DNA of 64,000 bases from Pedobacter sp. Lineage in GTDB: Bacteria > Desulfobacterota > Desulfuromonadia > Desulfuromonadales > Syntrophotaleaceae. A model generated the notes under the pieces. That model ran no database searches. It worked only from the letters and a program-made list of their open reading frames with translations, and had not been told where the DNA came from. The stretch's first letter is position 1, and every line of letters begins with the position of its first letter. Location of the stretch: assembly GCA_050253415.1 (NCBI GenBank), contig JBFWJC010000002.1, forward strand, positions 416,001-480,000, written 5' to 3'. Of the stretch, positions 22,396 through 32,777 are shown in pieces. The position numbers and the translations under genes were made by a program.

Positions 22396-24209
22396 GCGGC
22401 AGGATCGGGGAAGACAAGGTCGAGCAAATCCGCGCCCGGGCCGATATTGTCGAGGTGATCTCGAGTTACGTGAACCTCAAGCGTGCCGGCCGCAATCATG
22501 TCGGTCTGTGTCCGTTTCACGCCGAGAAAACACCCTCCTTCAATGTCAACGCGGACCGGCAGATTTACCACTGCTTCGGTTGCGAGGTTGGCGGCGATGT
22601 GTTTGCCTTTTTGATGAATATGGAAGGGCTGTCGTTTCCCGAGGCGGTACGTCGCCTGGGTGAACGTTACGGCATCGAAGTCGAGGAAGAAACCGTTACC
22701 CCTGAGGAGGAACAGCGTCGCGAAGAACGCGAACGCCTGCTGCGGGTGACGGAGGTAGCCTGTGAATTTTATCACCGCCTGCTGGTGGAGGATCCCGTCG
22801 GAAGGCCGGCACGTTCGTATTTGCGGCAGCGCGGCTTTGACGGTGAACTGGCTCGTCAATTTAAGCTGGGATGGGCGCCCGCCGCCTGGGAGGCGCTGGC
22901 CAAGCACCTGCAGGAAAAGGGCTTTGATCCCAAGTGGGCACGGGATCGACTGGGCCTGGTTCGCGCCAGCAATGAAGGGCGCGGGGATTACGATCTGTTC
23001 CGTCGTCGTCTGTTGTTTCCGATTCTGGACGAACGCGGCCGACCGGTGGCTTTCGGCGGTCGTATTCTGGAAGGTGACGGACCCAAATACATCAACTCGC
23101 CCGAATCGCCCATCTATCATAAGGGGCGGGTGCTGTACGGCCTTTATCAGGCGCGTGACGCCATGCGTCACAAAGGCGAAGCCATCGTGGTGGAAGGCTA
23201 TTTCGATCAGCTGGCGCTGTATCGGGCCGGTTTTCACAACACCGTGGCAACCTGCGGTACGGCTCTGACACCGGATCACGTACGGTTGCTCAAGCGTTTT
23301 TCTGATCGGGTATTGTTGTTGTTCGATCAGGATAGTGCCGGCCATAAGGCGACCTTTCGTGCCATGGAGGTGTTGCTGCCCGAAGGTCTGCAGGTGTCTG
23401 TGGTTACGCTGGAACCCGGTGAAGACCCAGACTCTTTTTTGCGCAATCACGATGCGCAACAGATGCAACAGCGCCTGGAGGCCGCCCGTTCGGTGGTTGA
23501 GGTGTTTATCGAGCAGACCCTGGCCGAGCATGGAGAGGATATCGAAGGCAGAGCCCGGGCGGTGGAAAAGATCCTGGTCAAACTGCAGCTGTTGCCGGGG
23601 GATATTCAGCGGGACCTGTATCTGAAAGATCTCGCTGTGCGTACCGGTCTGGACGAGCAACTGCTTCGGCGCAAGGCACTGCCGCAGGCAACCCCACAGC
23701 CTGTCGCTCAGCAGCCGGTTGTCGCTTCGCAGCCACCCCGTACTGTGCGGTCTGCAGCTCCGAGGGCATCTGCGCCGCCGGGTCTGGCGTTAAAGGCGCA
23801 GCGGATACTGTTACGACTGATCCTCAGTTATGAATCGACGCGCAACGACGCCCGTCAGCTAGGCCTGGACGAACTTTTTGAAGAAGGGGATTTGCGGGTT
23901 TTGGCCGAGCGCGCTCTGTCTCAACCCGTCGGAAACGCCGGTGCAGAAGAAAATATGCGAATAGATGACCTGAGTGAGTCCCAGAAGGGGCTGTTATCGG
24001 GTATTCTGATAGAAGATGAAGCATTGTTTGCAGAGAATTCCGATGAGCTGTTCCAGAAGTGCTATGAAACGGTGAAAAAGGAGCGCATGAAGCAGCAGTT
24101 GCAACAACTGCAGGAGCTGATGCGAGAGGCCGAGAGAGGCCATGATTTCACCCAGATGGCAACCTGGACGCGTGAGTTTCATGAACTTACACGTAAGCTT
24201 AAGGGATAA
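22392..24209 (+). CDS. dnaG: DNA primase
   Basis: CPFH.EKTPSF, HCFGC, KYINSPE, VEGYFD, FDQDSAG. Confidence 0.98.
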   Translation: MSGRIGEDKVEQIRARADIVEVISSYVNLKRAGRNHVGLCPFHAEKTPSFNVNADRQIYHCFGCEVGGDVFAFLMNMEGLSFPEAVRRLGERYGIEVEEETVTPEEEQRREERERLLRVTEVACEFYHRLLVEDPVGRPARSYLRQRGFDGELARQFKLGWAPAAWEALAKHLQEKGFDPKWARDRLGLVRASNEGRGDYDLFRRRLLFPILDERGRPVAFGGRILEGDGPKYINSPESPIYHKGRVLYGLYQARDAMRHKGEAIVVEGYFDQLALYRAGFHNTVATCGTALTPDHVRLLKRFSDRVLLLFDQDSAGHKATFRAMEVLLPEGLQVSVVTLEPGEDPDSFLRNHDAQQMQQRLEAARSVVEVFIEQTLAEHGEDIEGRARAVEKILVKLQLLPGDIQRDLYLKDLAVRTGLDEQLLRRKALPQATPQPVAQQPVVASQPPRTVRSAAPRASAPPGLALKAQRILLRLILSYESTRNDARQLGLDELFEEGDLRVLAERALSQPVGNAGAEENMRIDDLSESQKGLLSGILIEDEALFAENSDELFQKCYETVKKERMKQQLQQLQELMREAERGHDFTQMATWTREFHELTRKLKG

Positions 24210-24280
24210 TATCAGTAGGTCGGTATTAATAAACCGATGACTTCCGGATGTTCCCGGGAGTCCAGAGGAGAGAATCGAGC

Positions 24281-26044
24281 ATGGCCAAGAAACATGGCAT
24301 GGAAGAAGTTCAGCAACTTATCGATATGGGCAAGGAAAAAGGTTACCTTACCTATGATGAGGTGAACGATTACCTTCCTGAAAGCGTTGTCTCTTCCGAC
24401 CAGTTGGACGATGTCATGAGCCTGTTTGGCGAAATGGATATCGAAGTGGTCGATTCGGAGCAGAAAGTTTCCCTGCCTAAGTCGCAGGGAGATGGCGACG
24501 AGGAGAGCGGTGATTCCGGGGAAGATGAAGAAACGGAATACGAAGCCGGAACCCTGGGGCGGACCAGTGATCCTGTACGCATGTATCTGCGTGAAATGGG
24601 GCAGGTCTCCTTGCTGACCCGCGAGGGGGAAGTGGAGATCGCCAAGCGCATCGAAGAAGGCGAGGCGCTTGTTGCCCGGGTTATCATGAAGACGCCCATT
24701 GCTTTTCGTGAAGTGATTCGCCTTGGAGAAAAACTCGTCAAGGAACAAATCGGCGTGGCGGAGATCACCAAGTCATACGAAGAGGAAGAAGGAACCGATG
24801 CAGAAGAAGTGCAGCGGGGGCGGATTCTCGGTCTGGTCGAAAAAATTCATGCAGAGAACGACAAGCTCATGGAGTTGTCCCAGCAACTTGCGGACTGCGG
24901 CGACAGGCAACAGCGCAATGCGCTGCGCGACCAGGTCGCCGAAAAGAAACTCGTGATTGGGGAACTGATGCGCGAAATTCGCCTGAAGGATTTTCAGGTG
25001 GATAAAATCGTCGACCGCCTCAAGGAGATGGCGCAGCAGGTTAAAAAGGGCCTTTCCGAAGTGCAGGCCTGCGAGCAGGAGTTGAAGCAGCCGCACAAGG
25101 AAATCAAGCGTCTGTTGCGTCGCATGCGCAAGAGTGACGAAGAGGCGCATCGTATTTCCCAGGAACTGGATGTGCCCATCGATACCCTGCTGTCCGTCGA
25201 AAAACGCCTCAAAAGCGCCCAGCGCAAATTCAATCGCGTAGAGGAAGAGTCGGGGTTTGCACCGGAAGAACTGCTTGAGTCCCTCAAAGAAGTCATGAAG
25301 GGCGAGTGGCGCGCCAAGGCGGCTAAAAGCGAGCTGGTCGAAGCCAACCTGCGGCTGGTCGTGTCCATTGCCAAAAAATACACCAACCGTGGGCTGCAGT
25401 TCCTGGATCTGATCCAGGAGGGCAACATCGGATTGATGAAAGCGGTCGATAAGTTCGAATACCAGCGTGGCTACAAATTTTCCACCTATGCCACCTGGTG
25501 GATCCGGCAGGCCATTACCCGTGCCATTGCCGACCAGGCACGTACCATCCGTATTCCTGTGCATATGATCGAAACCATCAATAAGCTGATTCGTACCAGC
25601 CGCCAGTTGGTGCAGGAGATGGGGCGCGAGCCGATACCGGAAGAGATCGCGGAACGTATGGAACTGCCGCTGGAAAAAGTGCGGCGGGTTCTTAAAATCG
25701 CCAAGGAACCGATCAGCCTGGAGACCCCCATCGGCGAAGAGGAAGATTCCTCGCTGGGGGATTTCATCGAAGATAAGGGTGTGGTCTCGCCTCTCGAGGC
25801 GGTCATTAAGGGCAATTTGTCCGATCAGACCTCGCGGGTACTGGCATCTTTGACTCCTCGCGAGGAGAAGGTTTTGCGCATGCGTTTCGGAATTGGCGAA
25901 AAGTCGGATCATACCCTGGAAGAGGTTGGTCAGGACTTTGCCGTTACCCGTGAACGTATTCGCCAGATCGAAGCGAAGGCGTTGCGCAAGCTGCGGCATC
26001 CAAGCCGTGCAAAACGTTTGAAGAGCTTTGTTGAAACCACTTGA
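24281..26044 (+). CDS. rpoD: RNA polymerase primary sigma factor
   Basis: [45 protein letters not shown]. Confidence 0.99.
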   Translation: MAKKHGMEEVQQLIDMGKEKGYLTYDEVNDYLPESVVSSDQLDDVMSLFGEMDIEVVDSEQKVSLPKSQGDGDEESGDSGEDEETEYEAGTLGRTSDPVRMYLREMGQVSLLTREGEVEIAKRIEEGEALVARVIMKTPIAFREVIRLGEKLVKEQIGVAEITKSYEEEEGTDAEEVQRGRILGLVEKIHAENDKLMELSQQLADCGDRQQRNALRDQVAEKKLVIGELMREIRLKDFQVDKIVDRLKEMAQQVKKGLSEVQACEQELKQPHKEIKRLLRRMRKSDEEAHRISQELDVPIDTLLSVEKRLKSAQRKFNRVEEESGFAPEELLESLKEVMKGEWRAKAAKSELVEANLRLVVSIAKKYTNRGLQFLDLIQEGNIGLMKAVDKFEYQRGYKFSTYATWWIRQAITRAIADQARTIRIPVHMIETINKLIRTSRQLVQEMGREPIPEEIAERMELPLEKVRRVLKIAKEPISLETPIGEEEDSSLGDFIEDKGVVSPLEAVIKGNLSDQTSRVLASLTPREEKVLRMRFGIGEKSDHTLEEVGQDFAVTRERIRQIEAKALRKLRHPSRAKRLKSFVETT

Positions 26045-26069
26045 CAGACAAACGTTGAATACCTAAACT
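26041..26069 (+). promoter_or_regulatory. Sigma70-type promoter for the tRNA
   Basis: TTGACA (26041-46), 17-bp spacer, TAAACT (26064-69), 13 bp before the tRNA. Confidence 0.7.
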
Positions 26070-26082
26070 GATGGACTATTCC

Positions 26083-26158
26083 GGGCCTATAGCTCAGTTG
26101 GTAGAGCCACCGGCTCATAACCGGTCGGTCCCAGGTTCGAATCCTGGTGGGCCCACCA
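26083..26158 (+). tRNA. tRNA with CAT anticodon, most likely tRNA-Ile2 (lysidine)
   Basis: 76-nt cloverleaf GGGCCTA...TGGGCCC-A-CCA; ACCGG-CTCATAA-CCGGT anticodon arm; GGTTCGAATCC T-arm. Paired position 1:72 excludes the initiator. Ile2 over elongator Met is an inference. Confidence 0.93.
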
Positions 26159-26215
26159 CTCGGATGGTTGATGAGGCCAGAACTCATACTCGCATATAGC
26201 AACACCCCTGTTACT

Positions 26216-26251
26216 GAAGAGTGCAACAATAGAGTTGCACTCTTCTTTTTT
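26216..26251 (+). terminator. Intrinsic terminator after the tRNA
   Basis: GAAGAGTGCAAC-AATAGA-GTTGCACTCTTC followed by a T-run. Confidence 0.85.
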
Positions 26252-26265
26252 CAAAGCGATTGTTC

Positions 26266-27390
26266 ATGAAGGAACGTACCGTTCGCCTACAAGATCTGCT
26301 TGGTTTGCTGCATCGTCTCTATCCGCCGGTTCTGGCGGAAAACTGGGACAATGTCGGACTGCAGGTGGGTGACCCGGTTGCTTCCGTAAGTCGCATTCTG
26401 GTTTGTCTCGATGCGTCGGAGTATGCCCTCGACGAGGCGCTGCGTATCGGAGCCCAGGCGATTTTCTGCCATCATCCTCTTGTATTTCAACCCCTCAAGC
26501 GCCTGAGCCCTGTGGATGAAACCGGTCGTCTGTTGTTTCGCGCAGTGCGTGAAGGCATTGCCGTTGTCAGCGCCCATACCAACCTCGACATCGCCGTAAA
26601 CGGCATCAACGACTGGCTGGCTGCGGCTCTGGGGGTGGAAAAAGCACTGCCATTACAGGTCGGTGGCGGTGATCTGCTCAAGCTGGTGGTGTTTGTCCCC
26701 AGCGGTTACGAAGAGCGCGTGGCGGCAGCCCTGTTTGAAGCCGGAGCCGGAGCTATCGGGCATTACGACAGCTGTTCTTTCCGTACTGACGGGGTCGGAA
26801 CTTTTCGCCCTGACGAAACGTCCAATCCTTTTATCGGCGAGGCGGGTACTCTGGAACGTGTCCGTGAAATTCGCCTGGAGACCCTTCTGACCCGTGAGGT
26901 TCAGGGCCGGGCCATTCAGCGCATGCTCAAGGCGCACCCCTACGAAGAGGTCGCTTACGATCTGGTTCCGCTGGCCAATCGGCGCAGTGACGTCGGTCTT
27001 GGCAGAATCGGGTGTCTGTCGCAACCCACCACCCTGGAGGCGTTTACCGCCACGGTTAAACAGGCTCTCGGGGTCGCGCATGTGCGCATTGTCGGTGATC
27101 TCGACAAAAAGGTAAGCAAGGTTGCCGTGTGTGGCGGAAGCGGTGCCTCCCTGCTGGGCGAGGCCGATCGCCAGGGGGCCGATGTGCTGGTGACCGGTGA
27201 TGTAAAATATCATGAGGCATTCAGTGCCCGTTCCCGTAACATAGCTTTGATCGATGCCGGTCATTTTGGCACCGAACACATCATGGTTAAACATCTGGCC
27301 GAGGTACTGCGGCATGCGACGGCAACACGTCGCATGGACATTCAAATCGAAGAACTACAAGGGGAAAAAGATCCGTTTCTGACGGTCTGA
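26266..27390 (+). CDS. Nif3-like dinuclear metal centre protein (with PII-like insert)
   Basis: WDNVGLQVG, HHPL.F, HTNLD, HPYEEVAYD, GDVKYH, DAGHF.TE. Confidence 0.95.
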   Translation: MKERTVRLQDLLGLLHRLYPPVLAENWDNVGLQVGDPVASVSRILVCLDASEYALDEALRIGAQAIFCHHPLVFQPLKRLSPVDETGRLLFRAVREGIAVVSAHTNLDIAVNGINDWLAAALGVEKALPLQVGGGDLLKLVVFVPSGYEERVAAALFEAGAGAIGHYDSCSFRTDGVGTFRPDETSNPFIGEAGTLERVREIRLETLLTREVQGRAIQRMLKAHPYEEVAYDLVPLANRRSDVGLGRIGCLSQPTTLEAFTATVKQALGVAHVRIVGDLDKKVSKVAVCGGSGASLLGEADRQGADVLVTGDVKYHEAFSARSRNIALIDAGHFGTEHIMVKHLAEVLRHATATRRMDIQIEELQGEKDPFLTV

Positions 27391-27456
27391 ACCCCTTTTT
27401 TTATTTAAGACAGCAGCAAAAAAAGTAATTCCGGAGAATCGATGGGAGGCAACAAC

Positions 27457-28170
27457 GTGCACGAACACATAGAACTTCTTAAGGCTTTGCAGGATCTTGA
27501 CCATGAACTGAACGGTATTCGCCAGGAGCGCCGCAGCCTCGAACAGGAGCTGGTGGAGCTGACCGGCGCCATGGTGCGTATCCAGGCCATGGTGGATGGT
27601 CTGGATGAAGAGATCGGTAAATTGCAAAGTCAAAACGATGAGCTAGAGCAGGGGCTTACGCAGGAAGAGGCGAATATCTCGCGTTCCGAAGGGCGGTTGC
27701 CTGAGATCAAGACCCAGAAAGAGTATCTGGCGGTTCTCAAAGAGATCGATACGGCGAAAAAGGTTGCCAAGGATCTGCAGACTGCTCTTGATGAAAAACA
27801 GGCGCAGATCGATGCTTTGAGCGTTGAAAAAGATGAAAAGCTGAAGCAACTGGAGGAACTCAAGGAGCAATCCTCCGCGCGTGAAGCCGAAATTTCCGAG
27901 GCACTCAATGAGTTTGACAAAACCCTGGAAAAAAAGGCCAGCCAGCGTAGTAAGCACTTCGACCCGCTGCCCAAGCAGATGCAGAAACGTTATGCCCTGC
28001 TGATGGAACGCCGCGGCGGCATCGCCGTTGTGGAAGCGCGTGAAGGCAATTGTACCGGCTGCAATATGCATCTGCCTCCTCAGCTGTTCAACAGCTTGTT
28101 TCTCGATCCGCAAATTCAGAGTTGCCCCCATTGCAACCGTTTGTTGTTCGTACTCAAAGCCGAAGCCTGA
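27457..28170 (+). CDS. Coiled-coil protein with C-terminal C4 zinc ribbon
   Basis: LQDLD, long coiled coil, CTGCNM.LPPQ...CPHCNRLL; GGAGG before the GTG start. Confidence 0.92.
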   Translation: MHEHIELLKALQDLDHELNGIRQERRSLEQELVELTGAMVRIQAMVDGLDEEIGKLQSQNDELEQGLTQEEANISRSEGRLPEIKTQKEYLAVLKEIDTAKKVAKDLQTALDEKQAQIDALSVEKDEKLKQLEELKEQSSAREAEISEALNEFDKTLEKKASQRSKHFDPLPKQMQKRYALLMERRGGIAVVEAREGNCTGCNMHLPPQLFNSLFLDPQIQSCPHCNRLLFVLKAEA

Positions 28171-28204
28171 GTCATTGGTTTTGCAGCAGGTCTGATTCAA
28201 AAAT

Positions 28205-28614
28205 AGGATGGTCGGAGAGCGCCAGGTGATCGCCGGCTCGCTTCGCTTCGGCGGTAGCGGGCGGGAGGAAAGTCCGGGCTCCGCAGGGCAGGATGGTTCC
28301 TAACGGGAACCGGGGGCGACCCTAGGGAAAGTGCCACAGAAAGTAAACCGCCCGTCAAGGCTTCGGCCATGGCGGGTAAGGGTGAAACGGTGAGGTAAGA
28401 GCTCACCAGTTCCGGCGGAGACGTCGGAAGCTCGGTAAACCCCATCCGGAGCAAGGCCAAATAGGGAAGTGTTTGAGGGCGGCCCGTCCGAGACTTCCGG
28501 GTTGGCTGCTTGAGGCCGTCGGCAACGGCGGTCCTAGAGGAATGATCATCGCCCCGCACACGGGCAACCGTCGCGGGGAACAGGACCCGGCTTACGGTTC
28601 TCTCCGGCCATCCT
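28205..28614 (+). ncRNA. rnpB: RNase P RNA (class A)
   Basis: GAGGAAAGTCCGGGCT, GGAAAGTGCCACAGAAA, GGTGAAACGGTGAGGTAAGAGC, GAGCAAG, ACAGGACCCGGCTTAC; 5' AGGATGGTCGGAGAG pairs with 3' CTCTCCGGCCATCCT. Confidence 0.97.
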
Positions 28615-28692
28615 TTTTATCAGCGGCACGGGCCATCTGGACCGTGCCGTTTAGTTTTGATGGCCTCGCCATTTCAGGTTGTTTTTCGGAAT

Positions 28693-29253
28693 ATGATAAT
28701 TCAGCAACGACTACAGCTTTGGCAACGCACGGTGGCCGCCGTGACCGCCGAACTCGAGCAGTTGGAGCCGCAGCGACGGGCCTGGATCCAGGATGCCGTC
28801 GCGCGTATCGGGCAGTATCAGACCCAGATGCATGCGCTGTTTCTGGCCGCCGACGGGCCGGCCTTGTGCAGTCAATGCCTCGGTGCCTGTTGCGCATGTG
28901 GCACCCATCATTTCACTCTTGCCAACTTGCTCGCTTATCTGATCGAGGGGATAAACCCGCCGGAGCCTGACTTCGGGCAAACCTGTCCCTTTCTCGGTGC
29001 GTCAGGGTGTCTTCTGCCCGTGTCGCGGCGTCCTTTCAATTGTGTTATCTTCTTGTGTGAAGAGGTTTGGGCCAATCTTACGGAGCCCCAGCAATCCATG
29101 GCGCGGCAGCTTGAGGATGAACTGCGCCGGCAATACCTCGCATTTGATGATTGTTTCGCAGGTGCAAGCCTGCGAGGCCTGTTGATCCGTGCCGAACGGT
29201 TGGGGGGGCTGGCACTTCTGGCGCCACCCGCAGCTTCGGCACGATCGATTTAG
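28693..29253 (+). CDS. Cys-rich hypothetical protein (CxxCxxxCC, YkgJ-like Fe-S/Zn binding)
   Basis: CSQCLGACC...CPFLG..GC.L....RPFNC..F.C. Start uncertain. Confidence 0.7.
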   Translation: MIIQQRLQLWQRTVAAVTAELEQLEPQRRAWIQDAVARIGQYQTQMHALFLAADGPALCSQCLGACCACGTHHFTLANLLAYLIEGINPPEPDFGQTCPFLGASGCLLPVSRRPFNCVIFLCEEVWANLTEPQQSMARQLEDELRRQYLAFDDCFAGASLRGLLIRAERLGGLALLAPPAASARSI

Positions 29254-29290
29254 CGATGCCTTTATTTTGGATGACGGAGGACGGCAATCC

Positions 29291-30319
29291 ATGGATATCC
29301 ATTTTACGCAACCGAACGGCCGGGTCGATGATCTGGTCGAGGAACTGGTTAAAATTTCCGGGGTGCATCATCCTGGCATCATTCGCGAAATGATTCTCAG
29401 CGCGCTGGCCGCCGGTCAGGAGATCGACTACCTTGCCGATTTGAAGCTGATGCGCACGACCCTCAAGGAAATGAGCTTCACCAACCGCCTGTTCGGAGGC
29501 TACCGACATCGTAAGAAAGTCACCATTTTCGGCTCCGCCCGGACCTCCCCCGACGCTCCGATCTATCAGAAGTGTGTCGATTTTGCCCGCTCGTTGGCCG
29601 ACCATGGTTATATGGTGATTACCGGCGGTGGCGGTGGCATTATGCAGGCTGGCAACGAGGGAGCCGGTGCTGAAAATTCCTTTGCGGTTAATATCCGGCT
29701 GCCCCATGAACAGGAAACCAACCCGGTGATGACCCATAGCCCCAACGTCATCACCTATAAATATTTTTTCAATCGCAAGGTTGCTTTTCTCAAGGAAGCT
29801 TCGGCTGTAGCGCTGTTCCCCGGAGGTTTTGGCACCCTCGACGAGGCGATGGAAACCTTGACGTTGATTCAGACCGGCAAAAATGCGCCGATTCCGCTGG
29901 TGCTCATTGACGATGACGAGGGGGATTACTGGGAGCGGGTGCTGAGTTTCATGAAAGATCCGCTGCTTAAGCGGGGCCTGATATCCGGCGAGGACTTCAG
30001 TCTTTTCTCCATTACCCGCGATCCGGCTGAAGCTGTGGCTATTATCGATGCCTTTTATCGGATCTACCACTCCATGCGGTTCGTCGGAAAAACCCTGGTT
30101 ATTCGCCTGAATAAGCCGATTTCGCGGGAGCAGATCGAGATCCTTGAAGCTGAGTTTCCGGAAATCAAGGAGCCGAATAGCCGACTGCAGCTGACCGGAC
30201 CGCTTCCCAACGAAAAGGACCAGCCGGATCTTCTGCCTCTGCCGCGCTTGACGTTTGAATTCAATCGCCGCAGTTACGGGATGCTGCTGGCATTCATTCG
30301 ACGGCTGAATACCTTTTGA
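29291..30319 (+). CDS. LOG family (lysine-decarboxylase-like) nucleotide phosphoribohydrolase
   Basis: IFGSAR, TGGGGGIM, YFFNRK, PGGFGTLDE. Confidence 0.93.
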   Translation: MDIHFTQPNGRVDDLVEELVKISGVHHPGIIREMILSALAAGQEIDYLADLKLMRTTLKEMSFTNRLFGGYRHRKKVTIFGSARTSPDAPIYQKCVDFARSLADHGYMVITGGGGGIMQAGNEGAGAENSFAVNIRLPHEQETNPVMTHSPNVITYKYFFNRKVAFLKEASAVALFPGGFGTLDEAMETLTLIQTGKNAPIPLVLIDDDEGDYWERVLSFMKDPLLKRGLISGEDFSLFSITRDPAEAVAIIDAFYRIYHSMRFVGKTLVIRLNKPISREQIEILEAEFPEIKEPNSRLQLTGPLPNEKDQPDLLPLPRLTFEFNRRSYGMLLAFIRRLNTF

Positions 30320-30367
30320 GAGACGGTGCATGGCGTGCGGTCGCACAGCCTTGGAAAGGATATGCCC

Positions 30368-30877
30368 ATGACCAAGAATTCTCACTGCTCCTTTTGTGGC
30401 CACCCCTTTGCCGAGCAGCAATCCTGGCCCCGCACCTGCGGCAACTGCGGGCAGACCAGTTTCGTCAATCCGCTGCCGGTTGTGGTGATGCTGTTGCCGG
30501 TTGAAGGCGGCCTGTTGCAGATTCGCCGCGGTATCGAACCGGGGCTCGGTAAATGGGCTTTTCCCGGCGGCTATGTGAACCTCGGTGAAACCTGGCAGCA
30601 GGCTGGTGCCCGTGAAGTGCTGGAAGAAACCCACGTGGTTATCGAACCCGATGAAATTCGCGAGTTTCGCGTGCGCAGTGCTCCCGATGGCACCCTGCTG
30701 ATATTCGGATTGGCTGCGCCGCGCAGGGCGTCGGAGCTTCCGGATTTTTTGCCGACGGACGAAACCACCGAGCGTGCGGTTCGCTGTGAGCTGAGCGGCA
30801 TGGCGTTTGCGTTGCACGCCGAGGCCGGCCGGGCTTTTTTTAACGACAACGGAGGGCAAGGCTGTTGCCGCTGTTGA
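30368..30877 (+). CDS. NUDIX hydrolase with N-terminal zinc ribbon
   Basis: CSFCG...CGNCG; PGGYVNLGETWQQAGAREVLEET Nudix box. Confidence 0.92.
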   Translation: MTKNSHCSFCGHPFAEQQSWPRTCGNCGQTSFVNPLPVVVMLLPVEGGLLQIRRGIEPGLGKWAFPGGYVNLGETWQQAGAREVLEETHVVIEPDEIREFRVRSAPDGTLLIFGLAAPRRASELPDFLPTDETTERAVRCELSGMAFALHAEAGRAFFNDNGGQGCCRC

Positions 30878-30910
30878 TAACGACAATCCATTTTTACAAT
30901 TGAGGTTCCC

Positions 30911-32107
30911 ATGGACGAGGACAAGCGCGATTTCGAAGACATCAACGAAGAGGAGGATTTTGCCAATCTCCTGGAACAGAGTCTTGCAGGCATTAAGCCG
31001 CTGACACCCGGACAGCAGATCGAGGCGACGGTGCTGCAGGTCGGGGAACAGTGGATATTTCTCGATGTCGGGCAAAAAGGCGAGGGGGTGCTCGATGCGC
31101 GCGAGTTTCACGACGAGGAAGGCCATCCCACCGTCGCCGCCGGCGATCGCGTCAAGGTGTTTTTTCTCTCGCGGGCCGGAGGCGAATTGCAGTTCACCAC
31201 CCGTGTCGGTGGCGGTTCAGCGGGACACGCCCAACTGGAAGAGGCCTGGCGCAATGGCATCCCGGTGGAAGGTCGTCTCGAAAAAGAAGTCAAAGGTGGC
31301 TACGAAATCCGCCTGCCGGGCAATGTGCGAGCTTTTTGCCCGTTTTCGCAGCTCGGTTTGCGACGCGAAGAAAATGCTGCGGAACTGGCAGGACAGAGTC
31401 TTTCTTTTCAGATCGCCCAGTACAGCGAGCAGGGGCGCAACATTGTGGTGTCGCATCGCGCCGTGCTGGAGGAAGAACGCCGTGCGCAGCGTGACGCCCT
31501 GAAAAAGACCCTCAAAGAAGGCATGGTGGTCAAGGGTACGGTTGCGGCGATTCGCGAGTTTGGCGCCTTTGTCGATATCGGCGGTCTCGAAGGTTTGCTG
31601 CCCATCTCCGAAATCAGCTACGGACGCGTCGAGAATATCGAGGAAGTGCTGCATGTCGGACAGGAACTGCAGGTGGTGGTGAAAAGCTGCGACTGGGAGG
31701 CCGATCGGTTCTCTTTCAGCCTGCGCGATACGCTGGCCGATCCCTGGAGCGAGGTCGCTACCCTTTATGTCGAAGGCTCCACCCATACCGGTACCGTAGC
31801 GCGCCTGGCCAATTTCGGCGCATTCGTGACGCTGGAAGAGGGCATCGACGGACTGATCCATATCTCCAAGCTCGGCGCCGGCCGCCGTGTCAGCCATCCC
31901 CGCGAGGTACTCGAAGTCGGCCAACAGCTGCTGGTAACCGTGGAGCAGGTCGATCGCGAGGCGCGGCGCATTTCATTGGCGCCGGCCGGTGCCGGAGCCG
32001 AAAGTGCCGCTCCGAAAAGCTATACGGACAAACCCACCGGTGGTTCCATGGGGACGCTGGGGGATATGCTCAAGGGCAAGTTTGAAAAAAAAGGGAAAAA
32101 ACGCTGA
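30911..32107 (+). CDS. rpsA: 30S ribosomal protein S1-like (four S1 domains)
   Basis: AFCPFSQ, FGAFVDIGG.EGLL.ISE, FGAFVTLEEGIDGLIHIS; 398 aa. Confidence 0.85.
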   Translation: MDEDKRDFEDINEEEDFANLLEQSLAGIKPLTPGQQIEATVLQVGEQWIFLDVGQKGEGVLDAREFHDEEGHPTVAAGDRVKVFFLSRAGGELQFTTRVGGGSAGHAQLEEAWRNGIPVEGRLEKEVKGGYEIRLPGNVRAFCPFSQLGLRREENAAELAGQSLSFQIAQYSEQGRNIVVSHRAVLEEERRAQRDALKKTLKEGMVVKGTVAAIREFGAFVDIGGLEGLLPISEISYGRVENIEEVLHVGQELQVVVKSCDWEADRFSFSLRDTLADPWSEVATLYVEGSTHTGTVARLANFGAFVTLEEGIDGLIHISKLGAGRRVSHPREVLEVGQQLLVTVEQVDREARRISLAPAGAGAESAAPKSYTDKPTGGSMGTLGDMLKGKFEKKGKKR

Positions 32108-32131
32108 GGACAGTGCTGAGAACTGAGAGAT

Positions 32132-32175
32132 AAAAAAACGGCCCCCGGAATACGTATTCCGGGGGCCGTTTTTTT
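32132..32175. terminator. Perfect 44-bp palindrome, bidirectional terminator
   Basis: A7-CGGCCCCCGGAATAC|GTATTCCGGGGGCCG-T7 between convergent rpsA and slyD-like genes. Confidence 0.9.
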
Positions 32176-32639
32176 TAGATAATTTCAACCAGCTCAATAT
32201 CGAAGGTCAGGTCTTCGCCTGCCAGCGGGTGATTGGCATCGAAGGTAATGGTGGTATCGGTGGAATCTACCACGGTTACAACGACACTCTGGTCGTCTTC
32301 GTCGGTCATTTCCACTTCCATGCCGATTTCAGGCTGCATGTCGTCGGGCAACTGGCTGCGTTCGATGGTGAAAACACACTCTTCGTCGTAGTCGCCAAAT
32401 GCGTCATCGGAGGCGATTTTTACAGTCTTTTTATCCCCGGGGGCCATGCCGATCAGGGCTTCTTCCACCTGCAGGAAAAATTCCTCTTCGCCGATCACCA
32501 TTTCGAAAGGGGTATCTTCGCAGTTGCAATCGTCGCAGCCGCACTGCTGCTCGCCAGCGGTGGAGTCGAAAATGGTGCCGTCTTCGAGTTTGCCGGTGAA
32601 TTTGATTTTAACGCGGTCGCCGTGTTTTGCCTGTGCCAT
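32175..32639 (-). CDS. FKBP-type peptidyl-prolyl isomerase (SlyD/FkpB-like)
   Basis: G.LEDGTIFDS, EEALIGM..G, AFG, DANHPLAG.DL.FDI. Confidence 0.93.
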   Translation of the reverse strand: MAQAKHGDRVKIKFTGKLEDGTIFDSTAGEQQCGCDDCNCEDTPFEMVIGEEEFFLQVEEALIGMAPGDKKTVKIASDDAFGDYDEECVFTIERSQLPDDMQPEIGMEVEMTDEDDQSVVVTVVDSTDTTITFDANHPLAGEDLTFDIELVEII

Positions 32640-32777
32640 GAATGAATCCTTCCCTGTTGAGGGGTATTGATTTAGCAGCCCGTCTTTGCAGGCTGGTGAC
32701 CGTTGGGTCATGTCCTGCAGGTCGGCAACAAAAGCCGCCGCAGGAGTGGGGTTGATACAACTATTGTAAGTCTTTCG

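Noticed and set aside
26083..26260. tRNA as an integration site for a prophage or island
   Set aside because: Followed directly by a terminator and housekeeping genes; no integrase or duplicated tRNA 3' end seen.
28197..28559. 120-aa minus-strand ORF
   Set aside because: Antisense shadow of the RNase P RNA.
29078..31126. 682-aa minus-strand ORF and other long antisense ORFs (e.g. 52730-54157, 24773-25999, 22332-23660)
   Set aside because: They lie opposite well-supported genes in GC-rich DNA and have no motifs; typical codon-bias shadows.
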